A DNA stretch of 64,000 nt from an uncultured Gammaproteobacteria bacterium (GTDB lineage Bacteria; Patescibacteriota; Patescibacteriia; Magasanikbacterales; GWA2-37-8). The stretch covers positions 219,396-283,395 of the forward strand of contig CAZINT010000001.1 in NCBI GenBank assembly GCA_964540825.1, in the 5' to 3' direction. Below are positions 30,270 through 39,000 of the stretch, piece after piece. Every line of letters begins with the position of its first letter. Position 1 is the first letter of the stretch. Made by a program: the position numbers and the translations under genes. The notes beneath the pieces are model-generated. The model was not told the origin of the DNA, did no database searches, and worked only from the letters and a program-made list of their open reading frames with translations.

Positions 30270-30303
30270 AAAAAACCGACCCTCAGTTGAGGTCGGTTTT
30301 TTA
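30270..30303. terminator. bidirectional intrinsic terminator
   Basis: AAAAAACCGACC...GGTCGGTTTTTT between convergent genes. Confidence 0.8.
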
Positions 30304-30304
30304 A

Positions 30305-30595
30305 TTATTCTTCCGGAAAGATTTGTTTACCCTGTTCATCGTAGAGAAGTATCGCCAGTACCGGGCATGACTGCGCAGACATAAGGAGCGTGTCGTCGTC
30401 GGCTGCGTCGGGGTCGACAATGTACGCCAGGTTTTCGTCATCCATCTGAAAGACACCAGGCGTAACGGCGACACACGAACGGGCCCCAATACACTTGGCC
30501 CGGTCAACAACAATGTGACGTATTTTCCCGGTGGCGCGAGCTCGATAATCATTTTTTTCAGGGAGTGGGAAGGGGAGTGGTGCGGTTGGCTCCAT
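30305..30595 (-). CDS. ferredoxin (3Fe-4S-type)
   Basis: CIGARSC...AQSCPVLAI; ATG 30595 preferred. Confidence 0.8.
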   Translation of the reverse strand: MEPTAPLPFPLPEKNDYRARATGKIRHIVVDRAKCIGARSCVAVTPGVFQMDDENLAYIVDPDAADDDTLLMSAQSCPVLAILLYDEQGKQIFPEE

Positions 30596-30675
30596 AGGAC
30601 GATTTGGTAAAGCTGTAAGCGGATTAGGCAGAATAGGCAAAGTAAGTATAATTTTAGCTTTGCTGAGGGTTATTG

Positions 30676-31092
30676 TCAACGTTTCAGATATGCTTCAAAC
30701 ACGGGGTACAGGTTTGGAATTACATTGGCCTGCATGTATTCTTTGGGGTCTATCCAGGCGTAGGCCGAGTGGTCGGTGCTAAGTGTTACGTGATCAGCTT
30801 CGGCTGTGCATTCAAAGAAAATACCAACAATTTGCCACGGTTCATCTTTAACCGTAGGCCGCCATTCGTTGACGAAGAACGGTTTGCCGATCGTTATCGC
30901 AAGCCCAGTTTCTTCCAGGACTTCACGCCGTAATGCATCGTCAAAGCGTTCGCCGGGCTGGATTCTGCCACCTACCACATCGTATTTGCTCGCATTGGTG
31001 CCATCTGCGTATTTATTGGATTCTTGCAGGACTAATATTTTGCCTTGGTAGGTAATAAAGGCCTTGGTAGCCACAAATAATTTTGGTTCCAT
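30676..31092 (-). CDS. NUDIX hydrolase
   Basis: GGRIQPGE..ALRREVLEETGL Nudix box. Confidence 0.9.
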   Translation of the reverse strand: MEPKLFVATKAFITYQGKILVLQESNKYADGTNASKYDVVGGRIQPGERFDDALRREVLEETGLAITIGKPFFVNEWRPTVKDEPWQIVGIFFECTAEADHVTLSTDHSAYAWIDPKEYMQANVIPNLYPVFEAYLKR

Positions 31093-31096
31093 ACGT

Positions 31097-31411
31097 TTAA
31101 AAAATATCTCCTAAAAAATCGTCCTTGGCAATAGTGTCGAGTGTTGGGTGCACCAGTTTTTGCACTTCATTCTTGTCAATTTTTTCGGCAATCGTTTTGG
31201 TGTTGGCTTCGTGAATAATATATTCGTCATTAATCACCACGTTAGGGCCTTGTTCGCAGTAATCCACACATTCGGTAAAATCCAAATCAACTCGTTCGTT
31301 TTTTAAACCAAACGCCAGCCCAAAATGCTCTTCAAGCCGATTCATAATAGATTGTGAATTGCGCGCCGAGCATTTGTTGCCGCAGCAGACGCGAATTTGT
31401 TTAGGGGGCAT
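31097..31411 (-). CDS. thioredoxin-like (2Fe-2S) ferredoxin domain protein
   Basis: VCCGNKC...ECVDYCEQGPN. Confidence 0.8.
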   Translation of the reverse strand: MPPKQIRVCCGNKCSARNSQSIMNRLEEHFGLAFGLKNERVDLDFTECVDYCEQGPNVVINDEYIIHEANTKTIAEKIDKNEVQKLVHPTLDTIAKDDFLGDIF

Positions 31412-31415
31412 ACTG

Positions 31416-31697
31416 TTAAACACCCATCATAACCCGAACTTCATCGGGTATTTTGTACGGCGGGTCAAAGGTAAGCTCTATGCTTACTTCCTGCCCGCTG
31501 CCGTCCAAAGCTTTTTTAATTTCCTCGTTAATTTGGGGGCCCCAGGGGCAAAAGGGGGTAGTATAGGTCATAAGAATATCGATTTTTTGGTCGGTAACGG
31601 TGAGTTTATAAATCAGGCCCATAGTCCAAATATCCAAAGCAATTTCAGGGTCTTTGACGGTTTTGAGTTTTTCGATTATCTGATCACGAGTAAACAT
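31416..31697 (-). CDS. DUF59/SufT-like Fe-S assembly protein
   Basis: VKDPEI..I..MGLIY, TTPFCP, TFDPP. Confidence 0.85.
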   Translation of the reverse strand: MFTRDQIIEKLKTVKDPEIALDIWTMGLIYKLTVTDQKIDILMTYTTPFCPWGPQINEEIKKALDGSGQEVSIELTFDPPYKIPDEVRVMMGV

Positions 31698-31701
31698 ACA
31701 G

Positions 31702-32430
31702 TTATTTATATTGTTCGTAGCCTTTGATTTCTATCTCCTTTGCCAACTCTTTCCCGCCAGATTTTACAATCTTTCCCTTTACCATAACATGTACAAAATC
31801 AGGCACGATGTATTCAAGAATGCGGTTGTAGTGGGTGATAAGTAACAATCCCTTTTCAGCTGTTCGGAATTTGTTGATGCCATCGGCGACAATGCGGAGT
31901 GCGTCGACATCGAGGCCGGAGTCGGTTTCGTCGAGGACAGCGTACGTGGGGTTAAGAAGAGCGAGTTGTAATACTTCAAGGCGTTTTTTTTCGCCGCCGG
32001 AAAAACCGATTCCGAGTGAGCGTTTGATAAACGCCAGGTCGATACTGAGACTGTTCATGGTTTCGGTTAGTTTTTTATGAAAGTCGAGCGGATTTTGCGG
32101 CTCGCCGCTAATTGCCTGCACCGCTGTACGTAGAAAATGCCCAACAGTAACACCTGCAAGCTCTGGTGGGTATTGCATGGATAAAAAGAGGCCGGCTTTG
32201 GCGCGTTTGTCGGGGGAGAGGGTGGTAAGGTCTTCACCCTTCAAGAGTATTTTACCGCTCGTAACGGTGTATTTAGGATGCCCGGCGAGCGTGTTGGCGA
32301 GCGTGGATTTGCCCGAGCCGTTGGGGCCCATAATGGCATGTACTTCGCCGGGGTTGATGACGAGACTTAGGTTTTCAATAATGATTTTATTGTCGGTAGT
32401 GATGGATAATTGTTGTAATTTAAGGGCCAT
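31702..32430 (-). CDS. sufC: Fe-S cluster assembly ATPase
   Basis: GPNGSGKST, GFSGGEKKR, LDETDSGLDVD. Confidence 0.95.
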   Translation of the reverse strand: MALKLQQLSITTDNKIIIENLSLVINPGEVHAIMGPNGSGKSTLANTLAGHPKYTVTSGKILLKGEDLTTLSPDKRAKAGLFLSMQYPPELAGVTVGHFLRTAVQAISGEPQNPLDFHKKLTETMNSLSIDLAFIKRSLGIGFSGGEKKRLEVLQLALLNPTYAVLDETDSGLDVDALRIVADGINKFRTAEKGLLLITHYNRILEYIVPDFVHVMVKGKIVKSGGKELAKEIEIKGYEQYK

Positions 32431-32447
32431 AACGGAGGTGGATAAGA

Positions 32448-32476
32448 TTGACAAAATGCTTAAAATGTGCTATACA
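32448..32476 (+). promoter_or_regulatory. sigma70 promoter of cassette 4
   Basis: TTGACA-17bp-TATACA with TGTGC; spacer similar to 8287 promoter. Confidence 0.7.
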
Positions 32477-32567
32477 TAGGGGTAACTTGTGTAAACTATA
32501 GAACTTTAGTTTTGGCTAAAATGCTGTGGTTTCCGGACGTTATGTCCTTGATTTCGGAGGAAACACC

Positions 32568-32816
32568 ATGTGGCTCTTTGATCGTTGGGGCGATTTGTTC
32601 CAGGTCAGCATACTGGCAGGAATTGCCGTCCTCCCGGTCGTGCTGGTTGCCTTTCTGGTTGTGATCCAGGTTGCGATCTTGATCGTTCGTCGCAGCTTCG
32701 GCACGTTGGAGTACGGTCTCCTCTTGGGGGCTGCTCTCGCCTTCATCTTCCCCAAGAGGTCGATCGCCGCGCTCATCGTAGCGGCGCTGCTTGTTGCCCT
32801 CACCCTCCATCACTAA
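32568..32816 (+). CDS. small high-GC membrane protein (cassette 4)
   Basis: GGAGG 32556-32560 before ATG 32568; 82 aa, mostly hydrophobic; hairpin ACCCGGTC-ttcgt-GACCGGGT at ~32843-32863. Confidence 0.65.
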   Translation: MWLFDRWGDLFQVSILAGIAVLPVVLVAFLVVIQVAILIVRRSFGTLEYGLLLGAALAFIFPKRSIAALIVAALLVALTLHH

Positions 32817-32834
32817 GCCTGGGCATGCCTTCGC

Positions 32835-33242
32835 TTAGTTCGACCCGGTCTTCGTGACCGGGTTCGCTGTTTTTAAGCTATGCTGCAACGCCTTGAGACC
32901 CAGTAGGGCACAGCGCATGCGGGTTGGGTTTAGGTTTTTTAGGCCAAGTAAATCTAAAAGTGTTTCACCAGTTAGTTGCTCGATTTCTTGTTTGGTTTTA
33001 CCTTTGACATGTTCAGTAAGTAAGGAAGTGGCGGCTTGTGAAATGGCGCAGCCGTCGCCTTGGTAACCAATATCTTCCAGCCTATCACCGGCATCAAATT
33101 TAAGAAAGAGCTCGACTTTGTCGCCGCAGAGTGGATTGAATTCGACAAAACTGATATCAAAAACAGCCGGTCTTTTTTTGTTTAGCGGATGGCGATACAA
33201 ATCAAGGAGTAGTTCGGAATAAAGTTCTTGGTCAGTGTCCAT
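32835..33242 (-). CDS. sufU: SufU/IscU-type scaffold
   Basis: NPLCGD, GCAISQA, RMRCALL. Confidence 0.9.
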   Translation of the reverse strand: MDTDQELYSELLLDLYRHPLNKKRPAVFDISFVEFNPLCGDKVELFLKFDAGDRLEDIGYQGDGCAISQAATSLLTEHVKGKTKQEIEQLTGETLLDLLGLKNLNPTRMRCALLGLKALQHSLKTANPVTKTGSN

Positions 33243-33245
33243 ATA

Positions 33246-33644
33246 TTATCTGTTTGCAAGCTGGCCTAAGCCACAGAGGAGCAATAACAATGGTGGTACA
33301 GCAGCGGCAAGCACGCGAACAAACTGGTGACGACAATGTATTTTTTCGTAGATGTATCCCGAAACAAAGGCGGTGAATGACCAAAGTATAATCGTGCACA
33401 AAGTAAACAGGCTTAAAGACATTGTATATGTTTGCGTATCAATAAGAGCTGATAGGCCAATGAGATTGCAAAGTCCAATGCAGGAAAGCCAAAAAATTGA
33501 GCCAATGGAAGCGAGGAGTGCAACTGGAATATTCCACAAGCTCGGGTCTGATTTCACAAACAAAAAATCATTAATAATGATCCAACCAAAAATGCCAATG
33601 AGTCCAAGGGCGGTGTAGAGGGTTGCCTCAAAGCGGGGTTTCAT
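33246..33644 (-). CDS. hypothetical membrane protein
   Basis: hydrophobic ORF tightly packed between sufS and sufU. Confidence 0.55.
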   Translation of the reverse strand: MKPRFEATLYTALGLIGIFGWIIINDFLFVKSDPSLWNIPVALLASIGSIFWLSCIGLCNLIGLSALIDTQTYTMSLSLFTLCTIILWSFTAFVSGYIYEKIHCRHQFVRVLAAAVPPLLLLLCGLGQLANR

Positions 33645-33646
33645 AG

Positions 33647-34840
33647 TTAGTTAAAAATTTTCTTAACGTCCTTAATGCCGATAACGAGTTTATCAATATC
33701 TTCAGTAGTATTGTAGACCCCAAACGAAACGCGAGTCGTACCGCCGAGTTCTAAATAATCCATAAGCGGCATGGTGCAGTGGTGGCCGGCACGAACAGCG
33801 ATGTGGTGGCGATTGAGCACTTCGGCAATATCGTGCGGGTGAATGTCGGGAATGACAAAAGAAATAATTCCTTTGTGCGTGGCAATATTTTTGGTTCCGA
33901 TAATACTTACTTCGGGCGCTAATTTTTCGAGTGCGTAGCTGAGCAGCTGATTGTCGTGCGTCTGAATTGCGTCCCAGCTGATAGCGGAAACAAAATCGAT
34001 CGCTGCACCAAGCCCGATCGCTCCGGCGATGTTCGGTGTGCCGGCCTCAAATTTGTTTGGTGCTTCGGCCCAGGTGGCAGAGGTATAGGTAACGCTCTCA
34101 ATCATATCGCCGCCATAGAAAAATGGTTCCAGCGTTTCGAGGTTTTTCTTTTTGCCATAGACAATGCCGATGCCGGTCGGTCCGTAGATCTTATGCCCGG
34201 AGAAAACGAGGTAATCGCAATCAAGTTCGCGAACATTTATTGGGGTATGGGCAATTGCTTGGGCGGCATCAATAATCGTAGTTGCCCCGCGCACTTTGGC
34301 AAGATCAATGATTTTTTGGATTGGTACGAGCGTGCCAAGCGTGTTTGATAGTGCAGTGACACTAACGATTTTTGTTTTACTGTCGATAAGTTCGGCGGCC
34401 GAAGCAAGGTCGATTTCGGTGCTTTCAGAAAGTTCAATAAACCTGAGTTCAAAATCAAATTCCTTGGCCATTTCTTGCCAAGGGATAATATTGGCATGGT
34501 GTTCGAGGCGGGTGAGAACAACGTTGTCGCCTGACCCAAGATTTTTACAAAGACTTTGGGCAAGCAAATTCAGTCCGTGTGTTGTACCGGACGTAAAAAT
34601 AATTTCATCTGCGTCTGCGCCGATGAAGCGGGCAACTTTTTCTTTAGCAGCTTCATAAGCGGTGCTCGCTTGTTCGCTGAGTGCATACACGCCACGGTGA
34701 ATGTTGGCGCGATAGTTGGTGTAATACTCGTTCATGGCATCAAGCACAACCCGGGGTGTCTGTGTGCTAGAGGCGTTATCAAGATAGGCCAAGTCGGGTT
34801 GGTTTTGGAAAATAGGAAAATTGTTTTTATTGGTATTCAT
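33647..34840 (-). CDS. sufS: cysteine desulfurase
   Basis: YLDNASS, EHHAN, FSGHK, RAGHHC. Confidence 0.95.
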   Translation of the reverse strand: MNTNKNNFPIFQNQPDLAYLDNASSTQTPRVVLDAMNEYYTNYRANIHRGVYALSEQASTAYEAAKEKVARFIGADADEIIFTSGTTHGLNLLAQSLCKNLGSGDNVVLTRLEHHANIIPWQEMAKEFDFELRFIELSESTEIDLASAAELIDSKTKIVSVTALSNTLGTLVPIQKIIDLAKVRGATTIIDAAQAIAHTPINVRELDCDYLVFSGHKIYGPTGIGIVYGKKKNLETLEPFFYGGDMIESVTYTSATWAEAPNKFEAGTPNIAGAIGLGAAIDFVSAISWDAIQTHDNQLLSYALEKLAPEVSIIGTKNIATHKGIISFVIPDIHPHDIAEVLNRHHIAVRAGHHCTMPLMDYLELGGTTRVSFGVYNTTEDIDKLVIGIKDVKKIFN

Positions 34841-34852
34841 AGGAGTTTCAGC

Positions 34853-35437
34853 TTAATCTTCAAGTAACCAGCTCACCACCAGGAAGCTTACCGCTTCGAG
34901 CCCGATTATGCCAGCGATATAGCGGACATTTTCAAAAAAGATCCCGATGATAATGAACACGCTGCAGCCCAGTATGCCCACGATGCGTGCGCAGCCGCTG
35001 GCGGTTTTGAGCGATTTGACTTTGGTAAGAGCTAAAAAATACGAAACACCAAGACAGAAAATATTGAAAAGAAGTGGTGCCCACCAGGTTGTTTCAGTTC
35101 GTTCAAAAGGGAAGTGGCCAAGTGCCAGCCAGATATTTACCCCAAGCAGCGCGAGGGTAATACTAATTTTACATACTTCGCTAAATGTTTTTGGAACAAT
35201 TGATTTTGCTACTCGATTGGGATCGTTCAAGAAAGTTTTGATACGACCGAAAAAAGCGCGTTCAATGCTAAAGAAAACAAAAAACCAGACAAGAAGGGGG
35301 ATGATAACACTGCTCGTGATATTCTCGACAAAACTTTGAAAAATAAAAAAACCAACGGCATTAAAAACCAAGAGGCTGCCCAGCGCCCCCCAATAGGAAA
35401 GCGGGTATACTTCGTGCATGTGTTGTTGGTGCTGCAT
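34853..35437 (-). CDS. hypothetical membrane protein
   Basis: about 6 hydrophobic segments; between sufB and sufS. Confidence 0.6.
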   Translation of the reverse strand: MQHQQHMHEVYPLSYWGALGSLLVFNAVGFFIFQSFVENITSSVIIPLLVWFFVFFSIERAFFGRIKTFLNDPNRVAKSIVPKTFSEVCKISITLALLGVNIWLALGHFPFERTETTWWAPLLFNIFCLGVSYFLALTKVKSLKTASGCARIVGILGCSVFIIIGIFFENVRYIAGIIGLEAVSFLVVSWLLED

Positions 35438-35445
35438 AGTATGTA

Positions 35446-36864
35446 TTAACCAACCGCACCTTCCATCTCAAGTTCAATCAGTTTATTCAGTTCAAGGGCA
35501 TATTCAACTGGAAGTGCTTTTACAATGGGTTCGATGAAGCCAGAAACTACTAAACGAATCGCTTCTTGCTCGCTGAGACCTCGGGATTGCAAAAAGAAAA
35601 TTTCTTCTTCACCGATTTTACCGACGCGGGCTTCGTGTGACACGGTGACTTGTTCGTTTTTAATTTTTAATTCCGGAATCGTATTCGCGATCGCGTTTTT
35701 CCCAATAAGAAGTGCATCACAGACCATGGAGGCGTTCACGTGTTCGGCTACCGGGGTAATATGAATGAGGCCGCGGAACGTATTGATGCCGCCGTTGACG
35801 GAAATAGATTTGGAAACAATTGTCGAACTGGTGTTGGGTGCGGCGTGAATCGCTTTGGCACCCGTATCCTGGTTTTGGCCAGGGCCGGCAAAGGCGATGC
35901 CGAGACTGTCCGAATGTGCGCCCCGACCGCGGAGGATCGACGATGGGTAGAGCATAGTTACACCCGAACCCATATTGCCATTAACCCATTCAATAACGCC
36001 GTCTTCGTCAACCAGGGCGCGTTTTGTATTCAGGTTATAGGTATCTTTGGACCAGTTTTCAATGGATGAGTAACGAACGCGTGCCCCGGCATGAACAAAA
36101 ATTTCCACGCACCCGGCATGGAGCGAGCTTGCGCCATAGCGCGGTGCACTGCAACCCTCGATATAGTGGAGCTGGGAACCTTCGTCGGCAATAATAAGAG
36201 TGTGTTCAAATTGGCCGCCTTGTTTCGCGTTCATGCGGAAGTAGGCTTGCAAAGGTAAATCAATGGTAACATTTTTTGGTACATAAATAAATGTGCCGCC
36301 ACTCCAAACAGCGCCATGGAGCATGGTAAATTTATGATCATGTGCCGGTACACACTGCGTCATGAAATATTTTTTCACCAGGTCAGGATATTTTTGGACA
36401 GCCGTATCCATGTTTTCAAAAATAACACCTTGTTCGGTCCATTGTTTTTTGAGATTGTGATAGACGATGTCGGAATCGTATTGTGCGCCAACGCCAGCGA
36501 GGGCCTTTTTTTCAGCTTCGGGAATGCCCAGGCGATCGAAGGTTTTTTTAATATTTTCGGGCACGTCTTCCCAGCTTGTACTTTCGCCCGTGTCAGGACG
36601 GACAAAATAGGTGATGGCGTCGAGATCAAGTTTGGTTAAATCTGGGCCCCAGGGAGGAAGGGGTTTGTTTTTAAATAATTCTAAAGCATGGAGGCGTTTT
36701 TGAAGCATCCAATCTGGTTCATTTTTTTGTTTGGCAATCTCGCGAACCAAGGCTTCGCTGAGGCCCGCAGTAGCCCGGTATTGATTATCTTCCGGGTTGG
36801 CGTCGTCGTAGAGTGAGCGATCTTGGCCAAGTTCCGCAGCGTTGTCTTTGCTAATTTTGGACAT
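35446..36864 (-). CDS. sufB: Fe-S cluster assembly protein
   Basis: GQFEHTLII, YIEGCSAP, CDALL, HEARVGKI, ELEMEGAVG. Confidence 0.95.
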   Translation of the reverse strand: MSKISKDNAAELGQDRSLYDDANPEDNQYRATAGLSEALVREIAKQKNEPDWMLQKRLHALELFKNKPLPPWGPDLTKLDLDAITYFVRPDTGESTSWEDVPENIKKTFDRLGIPEAEKKALAGVGAQYDSDIVYHNLKKQWTEQGVIFENMDTAVQKYPDLVKKYFMTQCVPAHDHKFTMLHGAVWSGGTFIYVPKNVTIDLPLQAYFRMNAKQGGQFEHTLIIADEGSQLHYIEGCSAPRYGASSLHAGCVEIFVHAGARVRYSSIENWSKDTYNLNTKRALVDEDGVIEWVNGNMGSGVTMLYPSSILRGRGAHSDSLGIAFAGPGQNQDTGAKAIHAAPNTSSTIVSKSISVNGGINTFRGLIHITPVAEHVNASMVCDALLIGKNAIANTIPELKIKNEQVTVSHEARVGKIGEEEIFFLQSRGLSEQEAIRLVVSGFIEPIVKALPVEYALELNKLIELEMEGAVG

Positions 36865-36935
36865 TGGTATAGAATAAGGGTGTTACCAGGTTGTAACTGG
36901 TTAATCTTAGCTAATTTTAGCGATTTTGTCAATCT

Positions 36936-37640
36936 ATGACGGCTCCGGTACCTGAATATACGCTTACCCTCGTCAAGAAGACGGTTATTGCCCGCGATGT
37001 CTTGGAATTTCGGTTTACGAAACCTGCCGGTTTTGTCTTTAAAGCCGGGCAATTTTTGCAATTCCACATTCCGGTTGAAACGGGTATGGTGCTGCGGAGT
37101 TATTCCATAGCTTCGGCGCCCAAGGACGACTACATTGAAATTTGTCTTAAAGTTTTGCCCAACGGCAAAGCATCGGTGTTTTTATCGGCGCTTGAGGTGG
37201 GGGGGAGTGCTGTGGTGCAGGGGCCGGAAGGGCATTTTGTGTGTAAAGACGAACATGCCCCGCATAAAATTTTTATTGCGACCGGCACGGGTCTTGCGCC
37301 TATAATGAGTATGATACCTGAACAGCTTGCTGTGATACGAGAAGGGGCTCAGGTGCATGTGTTGTTTGGTGTTCGAAATGAAGCGGATCTTTTTTGGGCG
37401 GATCGTTTGATACGCTTTGAAAAAGAATATTCCCATTTTTCGCACCACGTGACTTTGTCGCAGCCCGATCAACCAACGGGTTGGCAGGGTTTGGTTGGAC
37501 GCGTTACATCGCATGTTCCACATCATCATTTGGAAGCAGAATATTATTTATGCGGCAGTTTAGAAATGGTGAAAGATGTGCGTAAAATACTGCTTGATAA
37601 AGGTGTCCCAATGAAACAAATTCATTTTGAAATTTTTTAA
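36936..37640 (+). CDS. ferredoxin-NADP reductase-like FAD/NAD-binding oxidoreductase
   Basis: RSYSIAS, GKAS, ATGTGLAP, YLCG, C-terminal E-x-F. Confidence 0.85.
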   Translation: MTAPVPEYTLTLVKKTVIARDVLEFRFTKPAGFVFKAGQFLQFHIPVETGMVLRSYSIASAPKDDYIEICLKVLPNGKASVFLSALEVGGSAVVQGPEGHFVCKDEHAPHKIFIATGTGLAPIMSMIPEQLAVIREGAQVHVLFGVRNEADLFWADRLIRFEKEYSHFSHHVTLSQPDQPTGWQGLVGRVTSHVPHHHLEAEYYLCGSLEMVKDVRKILLDKGVPMKQIHFEIF

Positions 37641-37651
37641 TTAATTATTTT

Positions 37652-37960
37652 ATGAAATCACCAGAAGGAATTATTGAAGAGTTAATGTCCATGTCGGACA
37701 GCGCCAGAAACAAAGAAAATCAAAAAAAGGTTGAGGATATGATGTCTGCAATTATGGCTGATCCTAAGTTTTCTGGACGAGAAATATTTCAGACTGATGA
37801 TGGTAGGGTGGTCACTCGAGAAGGTGAAGAGTTTAGAGAAGTAACTCTTTCCGACGAAGGTAAGGTTGTGGTAGGCGATGTGGCCGTACCATTTGAACCT
37901 AGGAAGTTTGAACCACGCCCGCCACGAAAAGTTAGACAGCCGCACCCTGATGCAAAATAG
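37652..37960 (+). CDS. hypothetical protein
   Basis: 102-aa charged ORF directly after the reductase. Confidence 0.5.
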   Translation: MKSPEGIIEELMSMSDSARNKENQKKVEDMMSAIMADPKFSGREIFQTDDGRVVTREGEEFREVTLSDEGKVVVGDVAVPFEPRKFEPRPPRKVRQPHPDAK

Positions 37961-37982
37961 TTCATTGGAAGCCTTAAAGACC

Positions 37983-38011
37983 TTGACAAAAGGTCTTTTT
38001 TGTGCTACACT
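37983..38011 (+). promoter_or_regulatory. sigma70 promoter of cassette 5
   Basis: TTGACA-17bp-TACACT with TGTGC. Confidence 0.75.
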
Positions 38012-38037
38012 ATTTGCGTCCTAGAATATAGGATAAT

Positions 38038-38050
38038 CGTTCTTTACAAA
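38038..38050 (+). promoter_or_regulatory. boxA-like motif after a short hairpin
   Basis: TCCTA-gaata-TAGGA hairpin (38019-38033) then CGTTCTTTACAAA. Confidence 0.5.
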
Positions 38051-38219
38051 GGAAATGATGAAGCAGGGCTCCCTGTTTGTGAGCGTTCCTGGTTACGAAG
38101 AAAGCTAATCTTAGCGGTTATTTTTCTCTGTAACGGGAGCTCCCCGGAGCTTAAAGTCTGGAATTCAGACTTTCCCTACTTCTCTTTCCTCAAAACTACA
38201 CACAGGAGTGTACGGTACA

Positions 38220-38804
38220 ATGTTCACCAAAAGTCTCCTCGCCGTGGTTCTGTTCACGCTTCTCGGTCTCTTGTCCTCGGCTCGTGCTGAATGTCACGCA
38301 GCGTCGGCAGGGCCCCACCACAGCATGGAAGTTGCTGTTAGCCTCGGATCTACGATTTGGGTCACTCACCCCGTAGAAGCCACCTTTGGTGCCGTACTCG
38401 GCATGCCGGTCAGCCACGATGGCTGCTGGTGGGTGCGCGGTGCCATCGAGCTCTACAAGCCGATCGGCAACCAGCCGCCTGGTTTCGCCGGCATTCTTTC
38501 GCTCACGCGGCGTATCAACCCCCGTTTGGAGCTTGGTGTTGCCGCCAGTGCCTTGTTGCCGTTTACGGAAGAGGCATACCACCACCCCGAAGAGGGGGCT
38601 GGGCTGCCGCCTCGTGAAGGTGTCATCCTTGTAGCTGGTCCGCAACTTCGCCTTCAGCCGACCGCGGCCTTTCCGACCATCGTCGTTACCCCCATGGGTG
38701 GTTACGAAATGAACGTCGGCAACGTGCTTGGTCTTTCGGTGGAGTTCGAGGCTGACCTCACTGGGGCCGTCTTCGACCTCGTGCACCGCCTGCGTCGCCA
38801 CTGA
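38220..38804 (+). CDS. GC-rich secreted protein, beta-strand rich (cassette 5)
   Basis: AGGAG 38204-38208; signal peptide ending ARA; alternating hydrophobic strands; hairpin GGGAGC-ttcg-GCTCCC at 38836-38851. Confidence 0.7.
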   Translation: MFTKSLLAVVLFTLLGLLSSARAECHAASAGPHHSMEVAVSLGSTIWVTHPVEATFGAVLGMPVSHDGCWWVRGAIELYKPIGNQPPGFAGILSLTRRINPRLELGVAASALLPFTEEAYHHPEEGAGLPPREGVILVAGPQLRLQPTAAFPTIVVTPMGGYEMNVGNVLGLSVEFEADLTGAVFDLVHRLRRH

Positions 38805-39000
38805 CGCCACTTACTTTGTGTAGTTACTATCCAACGGGAGCTTCGGCTCCCCGGTTTCCAGAGTACAGAATTGACCTATTGTGTGTGCTGGCCGACCGTG
38901 CGCAAAAAGCTTGATTTATTTAGCTCTTTGTGCTAGACTTGCGCTGTACCCACGTAACCTTAATTTTACTGCTGGAAGCAGTTTTTTTGTTTAACATCGT

